Shown here: positions 39,752-53,912 of the stretch, piece after piece
How positions within the stretch are numbered: position 1 is the stretch's first letter
Layout of the letters: each line of letters begins with the position of its first letter
Assembly: GCF_006345805.1 (NCBI RefSeq)
Contig: NC_043011.1
Span: forward strand, 48,806,464-48,870,463
Length of the DNA: 64,000 nucleotides
Origin: Octopus sinensis
Lineage: Eukaryota
Direction: 5' to 3'
Made by a program: the position numbers and the translations under genes
The notes under the pieces: generated by a model
Databases searched by the model: none
Told to the model about the DNA's origin: nothing
What the model saw: the letters and a program-made list of their open reading frames with translations, nothing else

Positions 39752-40175
39752 GTAGGAGTGGCTGTGTGGTAAGTAGTTTGCTTACAAACCACATGGTTCT
39801 GGGTTCAGTCCCACTACATGGCACCTTGAGCAAGTGTCTTCTACTATAGCCTTGGGGCGACCAAAGCCTTGTGAGTGGATTTGGTAGACGGAAACTGAAA
39901 GAAGCCTGTCGTATATATGTATACTTATATATGTGTGTGTATGTGTGTGTATATGTTTGTGTGTCTGTGTTTGTCCCCGCAACATCACTTGACAACCGAT
40001 GCTGGTGTGTTTACGTCCCCGTAACTTAGCAAGGTGCAGCAAAAGAGACCGATAGAATAAGTACTAGGTTTACAAGGAATAAGTCCTGGGGGCGATTTTC
40101 TCGACTAAAAGCAGTGCTCCAGCATGACCACAGTCACATGACTGAAACAAGTAAAAGAGTAAAGAGAGTAAAAAG
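39752..40175 (+). mobile_element. SINE family A, full length
   Basis: Homology to other family A copies. Confidence 0.9.
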
Positions 40176-41419
40176 AGAGTAAAAGAAAAAAAATAAAACT
40201 GAGAATTACAAACCAAGAGATAACAAAAAAAATTGTTTTATTCCTTAACTATTATCAATAGGCATTTTGCCTGTTTAGTTTATGAATTGTAAATTAAATT
40301 GCTGTGGTTTATGTCCCAGAATCAAACAGCCATCACCAATTTCTATTGAAGAATCTTTGGAGAAGACTAAGAGGTGTTCTGATTGTGCCAGCTCAGATTG
40401 ATTGTTTTGGCAATTTGCCTCGTAACGAAATTATACGGAAAGAGACTAAAATTATTTGAAAATGTTCTGACAGACTATATCAAATGATCAAATGGTAAAT
40501 TAAATAATTGCCATTATTGTTGATGTTGTTTGCTATATGGTTGGTTTATTCTATTGATGGTGTGTCACAAGAAGAATAGGAAAACACTTGGTGATTCTGT
40601 AGATTTCTGGGATCTTTTTCTGGGAATGAATGAAGTGGAATGAATGGTATTGTCTGGCCCTGTGTCAAACTTGATTGAGTAGATCTTATGATCAAAGACT
40701 TTCCAAAAATGACCACTTATGACCAATTATTTTTTTCAAACATTATTGTTCAAGAATGCATTATTAAATGTGCCCTGTCTTTTTTTTATTTTTATAAATA
40801 TAGGGTACAACTTGCAGGTGATTTATTTGCTTCTTCTTCCAGATTAAGGGTCTATAGATATGCTGTCTCATCAGCTTTTAGGGGTTGTTACTTAAATAGA
40901 TATAAGCCCTGATAGAGTAAGACATATGATCGAAGATGTACCATTTTTAACCAATCCAGCCATTTTTTTCCCTCAACTAATCTATCTCAAATTACATTAT
41001 TTTATGTATCCTTTACTGGATCTGAGAAAAATTTAGCTGCTATTTCTAACAGATCAAACAGTAACACCTCCAAACCAACAATCTCAAAATAAATACTGTA
41101 ATGAAAGGGTTAACAATCCAATTCCTCTTCTTGTTATTATCATTGTTTAACTCCAGGTCAACCGTATTTAAATAGACCCATAGCTGTCCTGTCCCTTTGG
41201 GAATATCTAAAACTACAGTATTTCATATGTTCTTCCCTTTTTAAGATATCAGGGTCTGATTGAGGAAGAATTGGCTACTATTTCTAATTGGTCAAGCTGC
41301 TGCATAATACCTCCCCTGTTGGCATATTTTTTTGTTTGACTGCCAAGCAGACTGGAGCATTTGAAGTTAGATATCATGGTAAAATGTACAATGTTGAAAG
41401 ACAATTGTGATCCCCTTCG

Positions 41420-41762
41420 GTCATGAATGACCATGGGATTGCACCGAGAAAGTTACCCTCTGAGGCACAAGTCTGGAGAAGGTCGTTTGTGGAAGACCAG
41501 CAGTCGCCTGTGCATATTGGTCTCCTTTCTCCATGCCACCGATGTTATCCAAGGGAAAGGCAAAGGCCAATACAGCTTGGCACCTGTGACGTCGCAGCTC
41601 ATTTATTAACATGCAAGTGGCTGAGCACTCCACAGACATGTGTAGCTTTAACGTAGTTCTCGGGGAGATTCAGCGTGACACAGAGTGTGACAAGGCTGGC
41701 CCTTTGAAATACAGGTGCAACAGAAACAGGAAGAAAGAGTGAGAGAAAGTTGTGGTGAAAGA
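41420..41762 (+). mobile_element. Dispersed repeat ending in a family C-like segment
   Basis: 3' part CAGGAAGAAAGAGTGAGAGAAAGTTGTGGTGAAAGA is shared with 47760-47790. Confidence 0.5.
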
Positions 41763-42544
41763 CAATATACTAGGAACAGTAGCTGGAATACTACAAAGCA
41801 GTGATATCAATGATGATAATAGAAGAATCCTCAAACGTCATATACAATTTACAATAGAACTGTGCTTCATACGAATTAACCTCCACCTCTCAAAAGAACA
41901 TTGATTATTTAAATTAAATATTACTTCAAAATATTTATATCATTATCATACAGATAACAGCGAAATTTCATTTGGTTATTATTTACTTGAGTTTAACGAA
42001 TTATTTTTAACTGTCTCTTTTGGGTGTGTTTTTTTCATTTTTTTCATCGTGCAAAAAGTCATTAATGTGAGTACAGAAATAACGACAATTATGTTAATTC
42101 AAGTGGAATTGTAATTTAAATTTATGTCTTTCATTATTTTATAGAAAAAGTTTATTAATTTCATTATGTATGTATGTCATGAAAGAGGTTAATTTGTACA
42201 CAACTATTAACAGAGTTTTGCTTTTATAAACGTCTAGTTTTATTCAAATGTGTTGAATTAACAAAGCATCAACAATGCTTGTGGTATTTATTTAGAAGTA
42301 ATAAAGTTCTTAGTTCAAATCCCGTTTGGGTCCCTGTTGTCTTTTAGATTTTTAGGGTTGATAAAACATGCACTAGTCGAGACCTTGAATTGATATACTT
42401 AACATTTGCTCATCCCTAGCATTTATACCTGCCATATCCAGCCCAAATATCTTCATTATTTTATGTTCTTACCAGCTAGATCTGGCCTTTTGCACCTAAC
42501 CTACAATGTCATTATAAAAATAAACAATCACATCATTGAAATCC

Positions 42545-43135
42545 TGGTTTCAAATTTTGGCACATGGCTAGCAATTTAGGGGCAGAGTCCATTATATTGA
42601 CCTCAGTGTTCAACTGGTACTTATTTTATTGACACCAAAAGGATGGAAGGCAAAGTCAAACTTAGCAGAATTTGAACTTAGTATGTAAAGAGATAAATAC
42701 CATTAAGCATTATGCCCTGTATGCTAATGACTCAATCAGATCACTGCCATCCAGCATTGATATATTGAAGCTATAAGGCGGCGAGCTGGCAGAAACGTTA
42801 GCACGCCGGGCGAAATGCTTAGCAGTATTTCGTTGGTCTTTATGTTCTGAGTTCAAATTCCGCCAAGGTCAACTTTGCCTTTCATCCATTTGAGGTTGAT
42901 AAATTAAGCACCAGTTGCATACTGGGGTCGATCCAATTGACTGGCCCCCTTCCCCAAAATTTCAAGCCTTGTACCTAGAGTTGAAAAGAATATTCTTCGT
43001 CTGTTTTTACATTCTGAGTTCAAATTCCACCGAGGTTGACTTTACCTTTCATCCTTTCAGGGTTGATAAATTAAGTACCAGTTATGTACTAGGGCTGATC
43101 CAATGTCGGGCCTTGTGCTTAGAGTAGAAAGACAT
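42545..43135. mobile_element. Head-to-head SINE B pair (minus 42545-42745, plus 42776-43135)
   Basis: Both carry the GCCTTTCATCC...AAGTACCAG domain, in opposite orientation. Confidence 0.8.
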
Positions 43136-43364
43136 ATTGAAGTTCTGCACTTATGCATGATGTATTCAAAACATTGTTAGCAATTAAGCGTTATATTTGA
43201 CAGAGCAATCTGACTACTTAAAGTTATAATGAAAACTTCTCTGCCTTTCTTAGAAATCAGTATTTGATAGAATTAGTAAAACAATTGACAGAATGGGTTG
43301 GCATTTAGACAGACTTCTTTACTTACTAATTTCAAAACTATTCAAAGATAACTTTATTCTTCCA

Positions 43365-43655
43365 TATTCCTGAGCTAGTTTTCTACCACTTTTCTTAAAA
43401 ATCGTGGTAGAGGCCTTGCTCTTGGGATCACTAGTGTCTAGTAACTGAGATTGGGGGTAAGCAAAAGCATGCTCTCCGTAGAAAATCCAGCTAAAAAAAA
43501 AAGCCTCATGGTAGCAAAGGAGAATGGGCACCAGCCAGTCCAAAATTTGGGGTGTGCTGCAACTGCCTATTTTTGTTGCTTCTGAGGTAGATCCAGCCAC
43601 CCCAGTTAACGGTGATGAAACCCGGATTTAAAACACTGGATGATGATGATGATTC
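43365..43655 (+). mobile_element. Retroposon with (GAT)n tail; second copy at 59826-60125
   Basis: CTGAGCTAGTTTT...CTTAAAAATCGTGGTAGAGGCC...AACACTGGATGATGATG in both copies. Confidence 0.75.
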
Positions 43656-43980
43656 ATGAGTTAAACAGAGGAAACAACACAAATATCAGGCTTTACTAAA
43701 TTGATTGATCCCATACCAAAAATTTGTATCTGTATACTAATATTAGGAATGGATTTTGGCCAATTTTAGTCATAGATACAAATACTAAGCTAAAATGCAT
43801 CACTTTTAGATTTTCTCTTTTGTGTTAAGAATTTGAATTGTAACATTGCCTTTTCATAACTTAAGTTTAGAATAAGTACCAGTAATACTTTGGGGGTGGA
43901 TTCATTGCTTGAGTCAAAAGAATTAGTTTCTGGTTCCAAATTGATTTTAATTGTTGTAATTGCTGCTTCACATCTTTCAG

Positions 43981-44005
43981 AGACTTTGCTGCTATCTTTA
44001 GCAAG
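43981..44005 (+). CDS. Candidate 25-nt micro-exon encoding DFAAIFSK
   Basis: ttttaat...gcttcacatctttcAG|AGACTTTGCTGCTATCTTTAGCAAG|GTGAGT: strong acceptor and donor. Confidence 0.4.
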
Positions 44006-44479
44006 GTGAGTGACCACCTGAGTGACCACCCTCATTCCATATTCATATGTGCATCTTTGTCAATATTTACATAAGCAAGTGTATTCACATTAGGTGTGCA
44101 CCGAGTGCATTAGCAAGTAATGTTTGCCCTATCAATACATTCCACTTATGTGTGCACATACAAGGATGCATATACGTGCTATCCAAGAATAAAGGTACAC
44201 AAAGGTATTATTACCTATTTAATAAGTTATTATCTCTTTGTGTTTCAATTATTTCCTTGGTTTTTACACCAAACACTTTCTAATTGAAGCAATCTCAACA
44301 AAGTCAGTTAACAAATGCATCTGTTTGCTAAGCCATATCTCTCCATCTCTTTCCTCTTTCGTGGGTCGGTCACTTTTTTTCTTCTTTGTCTGTCAGAATA
44401 ATGCATAATTGTGCATTTCTGCATATGTGTTTGTGCATGAATGTGCAAATGTGAGTTTATGCATCTTATCTTTTTTTCA

Positions 44480-44850
44480 TCTTTTTATTTTTATCAGTTA
44501 TTAAACTGTGGCCATGCTGGGGCACCACCTTGAGGAATTTTTAGTCAAAATGAATCAACTCCAGTACTTGTTTTGTTTTTTTAAATTTTTTTTTAAGCCT
44601 GGTACTTATTCTATTGCTATCTTTTGCTGAACTGCTAAGTTACAGGGACATAAACACACCAACACGAGTTGTCAAGCAGTGATGGGGGATAAACACAGGC
44701 ACAAAGACACATACACACACACACATATATGTATGTGAGTATATATGTTGTGTGTGTGTGTGAGTGGATGTGTGTGTGTTTGTGCGCATGAGTATGCGTG
44801 TTTGTGTATATATGTACATGTGTGTGTGCACATGCATTCGTGTATGTGTG

Positions 44851-44887
<37 letters not shown>

Positions 44888-45070
44888 AATATATATATAC
44901 TCATGATGGGCTTCTTTCAGTTTCCATCTACCAAATCCACTCTCAAGACTTTGGTCAGCCTGAAGCTATAATAAAAGACACTCACTCAAGGTGCCATGCA
45001 GTGGGACTGAACCCAGGACCATATGTGGTAGAGAAGCAAGCTTCTTACCACACAGCCATGCCTGCTCCTA
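44480..45070 (-). mobile_element. SINE family A with expanded internal microsatellite
   Basis: Tail at 44480-44710, head at 44900-45070. Confidence 0.85.
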
Positions 45071-45218
45071 CGCGAGTGTTTTCTGTCAGTGAAAGTGAAT
45101 TTTGTTCTTATCCACGTGTACCTGTGAATCTATTTTTGTATGTGTCTACAAATGCACTTGTTTCTCTTTACGCGTGTGCATTTGTGTCTGTGTATCACAA
45201 TACCTGTGTGTCTACCTT

Positions 45219-45330
<112 letters not shown>

Positions 45331-45939
45331 TTCTTTCTTTGCGTCTCTACCTTTATATAATTATATGCACATATGTGTGTCTGCACAAATAAATGTGTGA
45401 ATGTTCCTAAGCTAATCAATCAGTCAATCATATTTTTTTCTTATTTTTTTTGTGTGTTCTTGTTCCTAATCTCTCAATCATATTCCCACATAACAGAAAC
45501 AAGGTGGAATATCCTTGTGTGTATCCTTTCTGATGCTATCGTTAAACCTTTTGAAGAATACGGCTATAATCTCTAATCTGAGGATTTAGAATCGGGCACA
45601 ATATTTCTATCTGTCTAACATCAATTGTCTGTCTCTCTCTCTATGATGAGAAAATAGAATGAATAAAAATAACATGTTCTTTATTTGTCAGAAGGGTGAT
45701 AAATGAGAGAAACATTACTTACAAGAACAAATTATGCAAATGGTGAAGGTTTATGTGGAATCAAGTGGGAGATAAAAAAAGATTTCAGAAACAAATTTAG
45801 TAAAAGGAAAATAAAATTGAAATATTACATTCCAATAAGGAGAGAGCTAAAATAGGACCAGTTAAAGAACCCAACAGTCCTAGATGGTTACACTAAGGTC
45901 ACCAATGGTCATTCCAGACCCTTGTATAAGGCTAGAAAC

Positions 45940-46215
45940 TTGGTGGTGGTATGGTGGTGGTGGTGGTGGTGGTGGTGGTGGTTGTTTGGTGGTGGTGGTG
46001 ATGGTGGTGGTGGTTGTTTGGTGGTGGTGGGGTTATTGTTGTTGTTGGTGGTGGTGGTGGTGAGGGTGGTGGTGGTGGTGGTGGTTGTTTGGTGGTGGTG
46101 GGGTTGTTGTTGTTGGTGGTGGTGGTGTTGTTGTGGTTGTTGGTGGTGGTGATTTTGGTGGTGGTGGTGGTGGTGAGGGTGGTGGTGGTGACTTTGGTGG
46201 TGGTGGTGGTGGGTA
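45940..46215. repeat. (GGT)n/(GTT)n microsatellite
   Basis: Direct reading. Confidence 0.95.
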
Positions 46216-46274
46216 TATCAATTAAATTGTCCTTCGTGCATGACTGGTATTTGTTTTATACTAATCTTTTTTAT

Positions 46275-46742
46275 TGCAGGTGTGGCTGTGTGGTAAAAGA
46301 GTTTGCTTTCCAGCTACATGGTTCCCAGTTCAATCCCACAGCTGGGCATTATGGGTATATGTCCTTTTTTCTAAAACCCTGAGCTAACCAAAGCCTTGGA
46401 GAGGATTTGCTACAAGGGAACTGAAAGAAGCCCATCATAAATATGTGTATGTATGTGTGTGTAAGTGTATGTGCATGTGTGTATGTGTACCTTTGTGTCC
46501 CGTCTTGACGTTGCATGGCAGTTGTAAAAGGATTGTCATTGTCATACATTTGTGTGTCACTCATTTCCAATATACTACCATGGAAATGTCTGGCCATGGA
46601 AAAATATTACCTTGCTTGGAAACTGGCGAGTGCTGGTGACAGGAAGGGCATCCAGCTGTATAAAATCTGCCCCGATAAAATCCATCTGAACCATGCAAGC
46701 ATGAAAAAGTGGATGCTAAAACGATTATGATGAGGATGATGT
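46275..46742 (+). mobile_element. SINE family A variant with RTE-type tail
   Basis: Family A head, then GGAAGGGCATCCAGCTG...GATGATG; same subtype as about 10215-10690. Confidence 0.8.
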
Positions 46743-47644
46743 GTGTGTGTGTGTGCACGCACATGCACATGTCTGAATAAAGATAGATGAGTGAATTTGA
46801 TGTTGCACAAAGGGGCATGGAATCAGAATGATGCAGTAGGGGTAAACAAGCATATGCAATTGGACCCCGCTTCTGATATTGGGGGTTGTGTTCTATGCCT
46901 TGACCTGAGCTTAGAACAGGGATTGTCTCTTTGAGCTGGGAAATGAATGAAATGCCTGGTGTGTGTCTTGTTGTGGCTACCCCCTCCTAAAAAGATGGGG
47001 AATAGGCCTGGGCATCTAACAAAAAAATAAAGATACAGTAAGAATTTTTTTTTATAAATACAGTGAACAGGTATGGAGGTCCAGTAGAACAAAACAGGAA
47101 TCAAAGAGTTTCATAGATAAAAAATGGTTGAGGACCATGGGGTACACCTGGCTGCTGAATTATTTTTGCCCACCATAGGTAAAAAATGGTTAAGAACCAC
47201 TGGTCTAAATAATAATTCAGTTTATCCCTACCACCTGGTCCTTTGGTACCTTTAGAGGAATTCCCTGTTGTAAAGTTTTAGATCAGGATTCCCAGTTTTC
47301 TCTCTACCTGTGGCATAAGCTGGTTGCTGTATTGGGTCTGCTGCCACACCCAGTGCCACCAAATTTCAAACAGGGGTATAACAAAAGTTTTCCATTAAGA
47401 TTTGTGATTGAATTAATGAGTAAGGTTAATATTTATAATGAATTTGCTATTTTCGATGGGTGTGCAGCACACACCTAGGACACCCGGAATATATGCTCCT
47501 GCTCTCTACGCATGGTTTTTTTTTTCCTTTGTACATTGATAGAAGATGCTTAAACTGAATATTGGCCATATCAGCTTCCCCAGTTTGAGACAAAGATCTA
47601 CAAAGAACATAGGTACTAACCTTTATCTTCTGGTTAGTTTTTAG

Positions 47645-47950
47645 CCTTTTTCAAGCCTAGCCAGGCTCATGGGCCCAGTTTCCCGGTTTCTATGGTGTCT
47701 GTGTTCCCCCCACCCCAACTGGACGGGATGCCAGTCCATCGCAGTGTTACTCAAGAAACAGGAAGAGAGAGTGAGAGAAAGTTGAGGCGAAAGAGTACAA
47801 CGGGGGTCACCACCAACCCCTGCTGGAACCTCTTGGAGCTTTAGATGTTTTCACTCAATAAACACACACAACGCCTGGTCTGGGAATTGAAACCGTGATC
47901 CTCCGACCACAAGTCCGCTGCCCTAACCACTGGGCCATTGCATCTCCACA
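47645..47950 (-). mobile_element. SINE family C
   Basis: CCGCTGCCCTAACCACTGGGCCATTGCATCTCCA is the head on the minus strand. Confidence 0.85.
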
Positions 47951-48662
47951 TCTGATTTGTTTATGAAAATAAAATTAAATTAGAATAATTTGGAGTATTT
48001 CTACAGAAGTGACTTTGCGGTTTTGTGAGCGAATGCTTTAAAGCTCAAGAGGGCTTGTTAGAAATCAAAATTTTGTAACTACATTGAACAGGTCAAAAGA
48101 CTACACAGAAACTTCTACACATTAACAGTTGCAGTTCCCATTTGAAAAATTAGGAATTTAAAAGGAAGAAACTTCTCTGTTACAGTGACAAGGTCACGTG
48201 ACATTTTGCAGAAGCTCTGGTGTTGTATAATGTTGATTGACCGAAATTTGAATTAGTAATAATCTTTGGAGAACCGTGTAAATACCGGTTCGAGGAGAAC
48301 TCCACAAGCAAATAAAGTCTGTAACTAACAATTAAGATCGATACCTTGTCTTTGTTGCAATACAACGGTGGCTGTTGTATAAAGTGATGTAGGACTAAGT
48401 AGATTTAGTTCAAACATATCTTCTTACACCTCACAAATCATACGAGTGTAAAGATGCTATAGAAATAACAGCTGTAAAGCCAACAGTACTTGCTTACTCT
48501 AATTGTAAGAGAATATCAATGTTTATCTAGTTCTTTCTCTGGTCTCTCTCTTTCTCCTATTTCTGTTTACTGCTTACACTGAGGATAATTATTTCGAAAT
48601 CCTCTCTAAATTGATTTTTTATTTTTTCTGTGTCTACAAACTTGTAATTACCATTCTTACAG

Positions 48663-48695
48663 AAGTGGATTGATTGGTTGAGCGATTGGCTGTAA
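48663..48695 (+). CDS. Candidate terminal coding exon portion KWIDWLSDWL*
   Basis: Long pyrimidine tract ...ccattcttacAG|; in frame with the 43981-44005 micro-exon; followed by UTR-like sequence. Confidence 0.3.
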   Translation, partial: KWIDWLSDWL

Positions 48696-49379
48696 CACTT
48701 GACTCCCCCCTCATCTTCTGTATATTTTTCATATACTTATACAAAGAAAAGTTGGCTATATGGCTATATTTTGTTCTACTTGGCCTAACAGCAATTAGAA
48801 AAAAGCTTAACAGTGAATTAACAGGCATTACAGTAAGTAATATAAAGACAGTAAATTCAGAAACCCAAACTTCAGTGATAGGATATAATTAACATTAAAA
48901 ATGGTTTAAAATTTTGGCACGAGGCCAGCAATTTCAGGGGAGTGGCCAAATCGATTGCAATCAGTGTCTGATTGGTACTTACTTTAGGGAGCCCTAAAAG
49001 GTGACAGGCAATGCTGACCTCAGAGGAATTTGAATTCAGAATGAAGGTACTATACATACCTGCATGCAATATTTCCCCCTTGAATCTCTTTCCTACACCA
49101 TACCTTCTCAACACCTGCTTCTTCCATCACTGCCCACTCGTTACATACCTCTCGCACCCTGTCTGCCACGTTCGTTTCACAATCTCATGAACTCACCTGC
49201 CCACTCACCCTCTCCAATCCCCTCACCCTCAGTCCACTCACATCTTCCCCCAGTCCCCATTATACTTAGGGCCTTTGTAGGTCTTAATCCGGCCCTGACC
49301 ACAATAATCAGTATCACGTGAGTTCCATTTGATGGTGGCTAACCACAACAATCAGTATCCAATGTCTGTGTCTACAATT

Positions 49380-49560
49380 ATCAATATTCTTTTCTACTCT
49401 AAATTTGGGCACAAGGCCCGAAATTTTGGGGATGGAGGCCAGTTGATTAGAGCGACTCCAGTACGCAACTGGTACTTAATTTATCAACCCCAAAAGGATG
49501 AAAGGCAAAGTCGACCTTGGCAGAATTTGAACTCAGAACATAAAGACAGATGAAATATCA
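49380..49560 (-). mobile_element. SINE family B fragment
   Basis: AACTGGTACTTAATTTATCAACCCCAAAAGGATGAAAGGCAAAGTCGAC. Confidence 0.85.
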
Positions 49561-49769
49561 TTTTGCCCGGTTGGGTAAACATGTATTTTCTTTGTAGTAG
49601 CACACCTGTTTCTGTCTTCATTCCTGATCTCTCTCTCCACCTGGGTAACCTTGTACTTCCTCTTCAGCTAGACACCTGTCTCCGTCTCATTATAGCCTTT
49701 CATCATCCGACAGAAGATGGCCTCCCGCAGTGCCCCCTCCCCACTTGAATTTTTTTTTTGTCTTGCAAG

Positions 49770-50175
49770 TACTTAATGACCCTGTCAGTGCAGGTGTCAA
49801 AAGCATCCAGTCCACACTGTAAAGTGGTTGATGCTTGGAAGGGCATGCAGCTGTAAAAACCTTGCCATAGCTGACCTCATCTATGCTTGTGCCATGTAAA
49901 AAGCACTAGGTCCACTCAGCTGAATGGTTGGTGTTAAGAAGGGCATCCAGCTGTAAAAACCATGCCATAGCTGACCTTGTCTGTGCTTGTGCCATGTAAA
50001 AAAGCACTAGGTCCACTCTGCTGAGTGGTTGGTGCCAAGAAGGGCATCCAGCTGTAAAAATCCTGCTAAAACTGTCACAGAAGTTTGGTGCAGGCTTCGG
50101 CCTGGCCAGCTCTTGTGAAGTTGTCCCAACCATGCAAGCATCGAAGGTGGATGTTAAACATGATGATGATGAAGA
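49770..50175 (+). mobile_element. RTE-type tail with three internal tandem repeats
   Basis: GGTTG...AAGGGCAT.CAGCTGTAAAAA recurs three times; (GAT)n end. Confidence 0.8.
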
Positions 50176-51101
50176 TGATATATGTGTGGGGTGATGTTTA
50201 TGTATGTATATCTATTCATTTCTCATGCTCTCTCTATATATATGTATATGTGTGTGTGTGCACACGTACACGTACACCCACTCTTGCAGATTCTGAGTTT
50301 GTCTGAAATTCTTGATTTTTATATATTTATAATTGGTGCTTATAACAAGTGATAATCTATATTGTATAAAATACATTAATTAACTATTTTAATTAACTTA
50401 GTTGATAGTCTTTAAATAAAAGAATCTCAATAAGAAATAGACAAGAACCCGAACAAAGCAAATGTGTTATATATATAATGAAGCTGTGATAAGTCCTTTG
50501 AAATAATTTCTTGAGAAAAACAGATTTATCTTCACTGCTATAATGGACATCACAGTCAGTGATTAATCACATCAAAGTCCGTCCAATCAGATAAACATTA
50601 AGGAAGCACACATTAGATAATATAGTCCAAGATACACTATGTCTGAATACAAGCTGGCATGGTCATGGCTGGAAAGCCTTTGATAATAAGGTTAGCTTGA
50701 TTAAAGATGACCTGAGGCCGAACAATAGTCGAAATAATTATCTTTTAAGAAAGATCAAATACTTTAATTCCTTGCGTAGCCTATATGACTAACAATAAAT
50801 TATATATTTCTTTTGTGCTTCTACGTCGGTTTGACTACGTGGGTAATGTGTTAAACCAGCACATGGATAAATAATTTATATCAATTAAAAAAAGATGAAA
50901 GTTCACATTCTGCTAGTCATCTTTGTCTCTCATTCCTCCAGGGTCATTAAAATAAGTCATCAAGCATATAATAGGAGTAATTCCGATGGCTATACCCAAT
51001 AACTATAATATGATTTTGTGCCAAAGTTAATAATCATCATTATGCCGAAGCCAGGAATTTTATTGGTTGAATTAACAAAGCACCAGACACAATGCTTTGC
51101 A

Positions 51102-51826
51102 ATATTTAGTTACATCTAAGGCAGCAAACTTGCGGAAACACTAGCATGCTGGGTGAAATGCTTAGCAGTATTTCGTCAGTCTTTACGTTCTGAGTTCAAA
51201 TTCTGCCAAGGTCGACTTTGCCTTTCATTCTTTCAGGGATTGATAAATTAAGTACCAGTTGCATACTGGGTTCAATTTAATCGAATGGCCTCCTCCAACA
51301 AAATTTCAGGCCTTGTGTCTAGAGTAAAAAGAATATTTAGTTATATTTAATGCAGCAAGCTCGCAGAAACGTTAGCACACCGTGCAAAATGCTTAGCAAT
51401 ATTTTGTCGGTCTTTATATTCTGAGTTCAAATTCTGCCAAGGTCGACTTTGCCTTTCATACTTTCAGGGGTTGATAAATTAAGTACCAGTTGCGTACTGA
51501 ATCAATCTAATCAAATGCGCCCTTTCCAAAAATTTTGGGCATTGTGCCTAGAGTAGAGTAAGGTATTTAGTTACATCTAAAGCAGCAAACTCACAGAAAT
51601 GTTAGCACACCAGGCAAAATGCTTAGCAGTATTTTGTCGGTCTTTATGTTCTGAGTTCAAATTCTGCCAAGGTCGACTTTGCTTTTCATCCTTTCAGGGG
51701 TCAGTAAATTAAGTACCTGTTTCGTACTGGGGTCAATCTAATCAAATGCCCCCCCCCACCAAAAAAAATTTCGGGCCTTGTGCTTAGAGTAGAAAAGAAT
51801 ATTTAGTTACATCTAAGGCAGCAAGA
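51102..51826 (+). repeat. Tandem array of three SINE B units plus flank (about 232-bp period)
   Basis: ATTTAGTTACATCTAA-type spacer near 51102, 51333, 51563, 51799. Confidence 0.9.
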
Positions 51827-53479
51827 TGTTTATCTGCCTCTCAGAGTATTCTGAGTTCCAGTCATGGTGCAGTCAGCTTTAGTTTCGATGCCTCAGGTGA
51901 CATACTGGGAATATTAAATGATTATGCCCTCCTACTAAATTATTACCATTAGCAAAACACTGAAAATGAATCTTGGTTTGTTCATATAGCATTATTGATA
52001 TTCACATATAAGTAAATATGGTACAGAACTTGTTTAACAGAAGTATCAGTTGTTTTGTTTTGCCAATAATATATAGTGAAGATTATACACCTGAGATTAT
52101 TAACACTTTCAATCAACCAGTTGGATGTTACATAGATTATTGTCATTTCAAGTAAAATGATTAAAAATTCTAGCAAAATGATTAGTTTAATTTCTTTGTG
52201 TGAACTCAGTCATTCATTTATTTTATTTCTCTAGGTTAAATTTCTAATTCATTTTTCCAAACTAATTGAAATTTTCTGCCGATATTTCAAAATTAGATTT
52301 ATCAAGTCAAGTGAGAAATGAAGTAATTTTATTGCCATTTTATTAACACTTTAACAATTAAAATTAGTTTTAATTGAAAAGTCGTTAACAATGTTAAGAA
52401 TCCAAAGATGGTCAAAGCATGGTTATTCAGTATTGGCAAAAATCAGTTTTAACACCTTTTTCCTTTACAAATCTAATTTTAGTTTGCTATAAGGAAGAAG
52501 AAGAAGAGAATTTCATGTTTCAGGCACAGCCCCCTTTTTTAGAAGAGATGTATCCCTTTCTGTAGGTTTGAAGAATTTTGTGATTTTGGCCATGGAAGTG
52601 AAGGGACTGATAAGATCTTAGTCAGTGCAAGGTACTGGCTTTTAGATCCACTGCCACCCAGTAGAGAGTTTATATCATCCTCATCATCATTGCTTTATGT
52701 CTATTTTCCATACTAGTTATTTTAACGTACCGATCTACTTGGTAAAATTATTAATTGATTAATTTTACCCTTTTATTATTAATATATAATCTTGTGCTTT
52801 AAGGGGACCATCCAGACACTTCATCAATCTATTTCAATGCAGGGCCTACTGATCATTCTCTCCTTCCCCTACTAAACATGAATAACCATGAAGCTCTGCT
52901 ACAAGAACCTCTCCTGCCCTATCTCTTGGACAGTTTGGCAGGAACTGGTAAGCCGGAGGACTGTGGCAAACATTACTGTCTGCTTTGGCATAGTTTCTAC
53001 ATCTGGATGCCCTTTCTAATGCCAACCCCTTTACAGAGTGCATTGACTGTATTTTATATGGTACCAGTACCAGGGAGGTCACTGAGTAACTTACAAGATG
53101 CAATTCCTCAACTGAGCAAGGACATAGTATTGAGGGAGTGGCTTTGTGCCAGGTGATGAGAGGCTAAAGTAGGAAGAGAGGGACAGGAAAGGAAGAGCTA
53201 CATTGGTATCCCAGTTGGAAAAGGAGAAAAAGAAAAGAAAAGATGGAGAAGATGTGTCAGAGTATACCCTCAAGTACAGGGTGGTGGACATAAATGGAGT
53301 GGCTGAGAGGATTGGATAAGGTGAGTGAGTAGGAAAGTTCCTGAAAGTGCAAAAGGAGTGTGAGAGATGAAAGAGATGAGGAAGGAGATGAGGAAGGAGA
53401 ATGGGAGATGAATAGGAAGAGGAGGAGATTGAATTTGAGACACCAGCAAAAGAAGAAATAAAGATAGATTTTGTTTCTA

Positions 53480-53680
53480 TTCCAATGAAAAACGATTTTA
53501 TTCTCTTTATCGATCACATTCTCACCTGGAATCGAATTTTGTAATTTTTTCAAGACTTATGCATCCCCTGATACAGTCGGTATCTACATATCAAATTTGT
53601 GTGCAGTCGGATGGAGGATGCCTGAGATCCTAGAAGACACACAGACAGACAGACAGAACAGATTTTATATAATAGATAAT
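53480..53680 (+). mobile_element. Helitron-like (Lep1/HINE-type) non-autonomous repeat; second copy at 63390-63555
   Basis: Shared GGAATCGA.TTTTGTAATTTTTTCAAGA...GATGGAGGATG...(ACAG/AC)n...ATTTTATATAATA; class assignment from general architecture. Confidence 0.5.
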
Positions 53681-53691
53681 AATATTTAACT

Positions 53692-53912
53692 ATAAAAATA
53701 CTGAAAAGTCCATGGCTTTGAATAAAAGAAAATACAGGGGGAACGGTTAATTATGATTTTATGCAACATGTTCCCCTTCTCAGATTCACACACTTTTTGT
53801 GGTGGTCCTTCAGTTTTTTGAAGCCCAGCAAAAGAGCATGAAAGGTTGGGCTTCCAACCAAGCCACTTGCAATACCCTTAAAACCAGAAATTTTTCAGTA
53901 CCCCCTAGTGTA
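53692..53912. mobile_element. Degenerate mariner-type MITE
   Basis: CTGAAAAGTCCATGGCTTT versus AAACCAGAAATTTTTCAG; right end ACCCCCTAGTGTA. Confidence 0.5.

Noticed and set aside
43790-44035. 81-aa minus-strand ORF
   Set aside because: Partly antisense to a SINE B-like fragment; splice signals here favour the plus strand.
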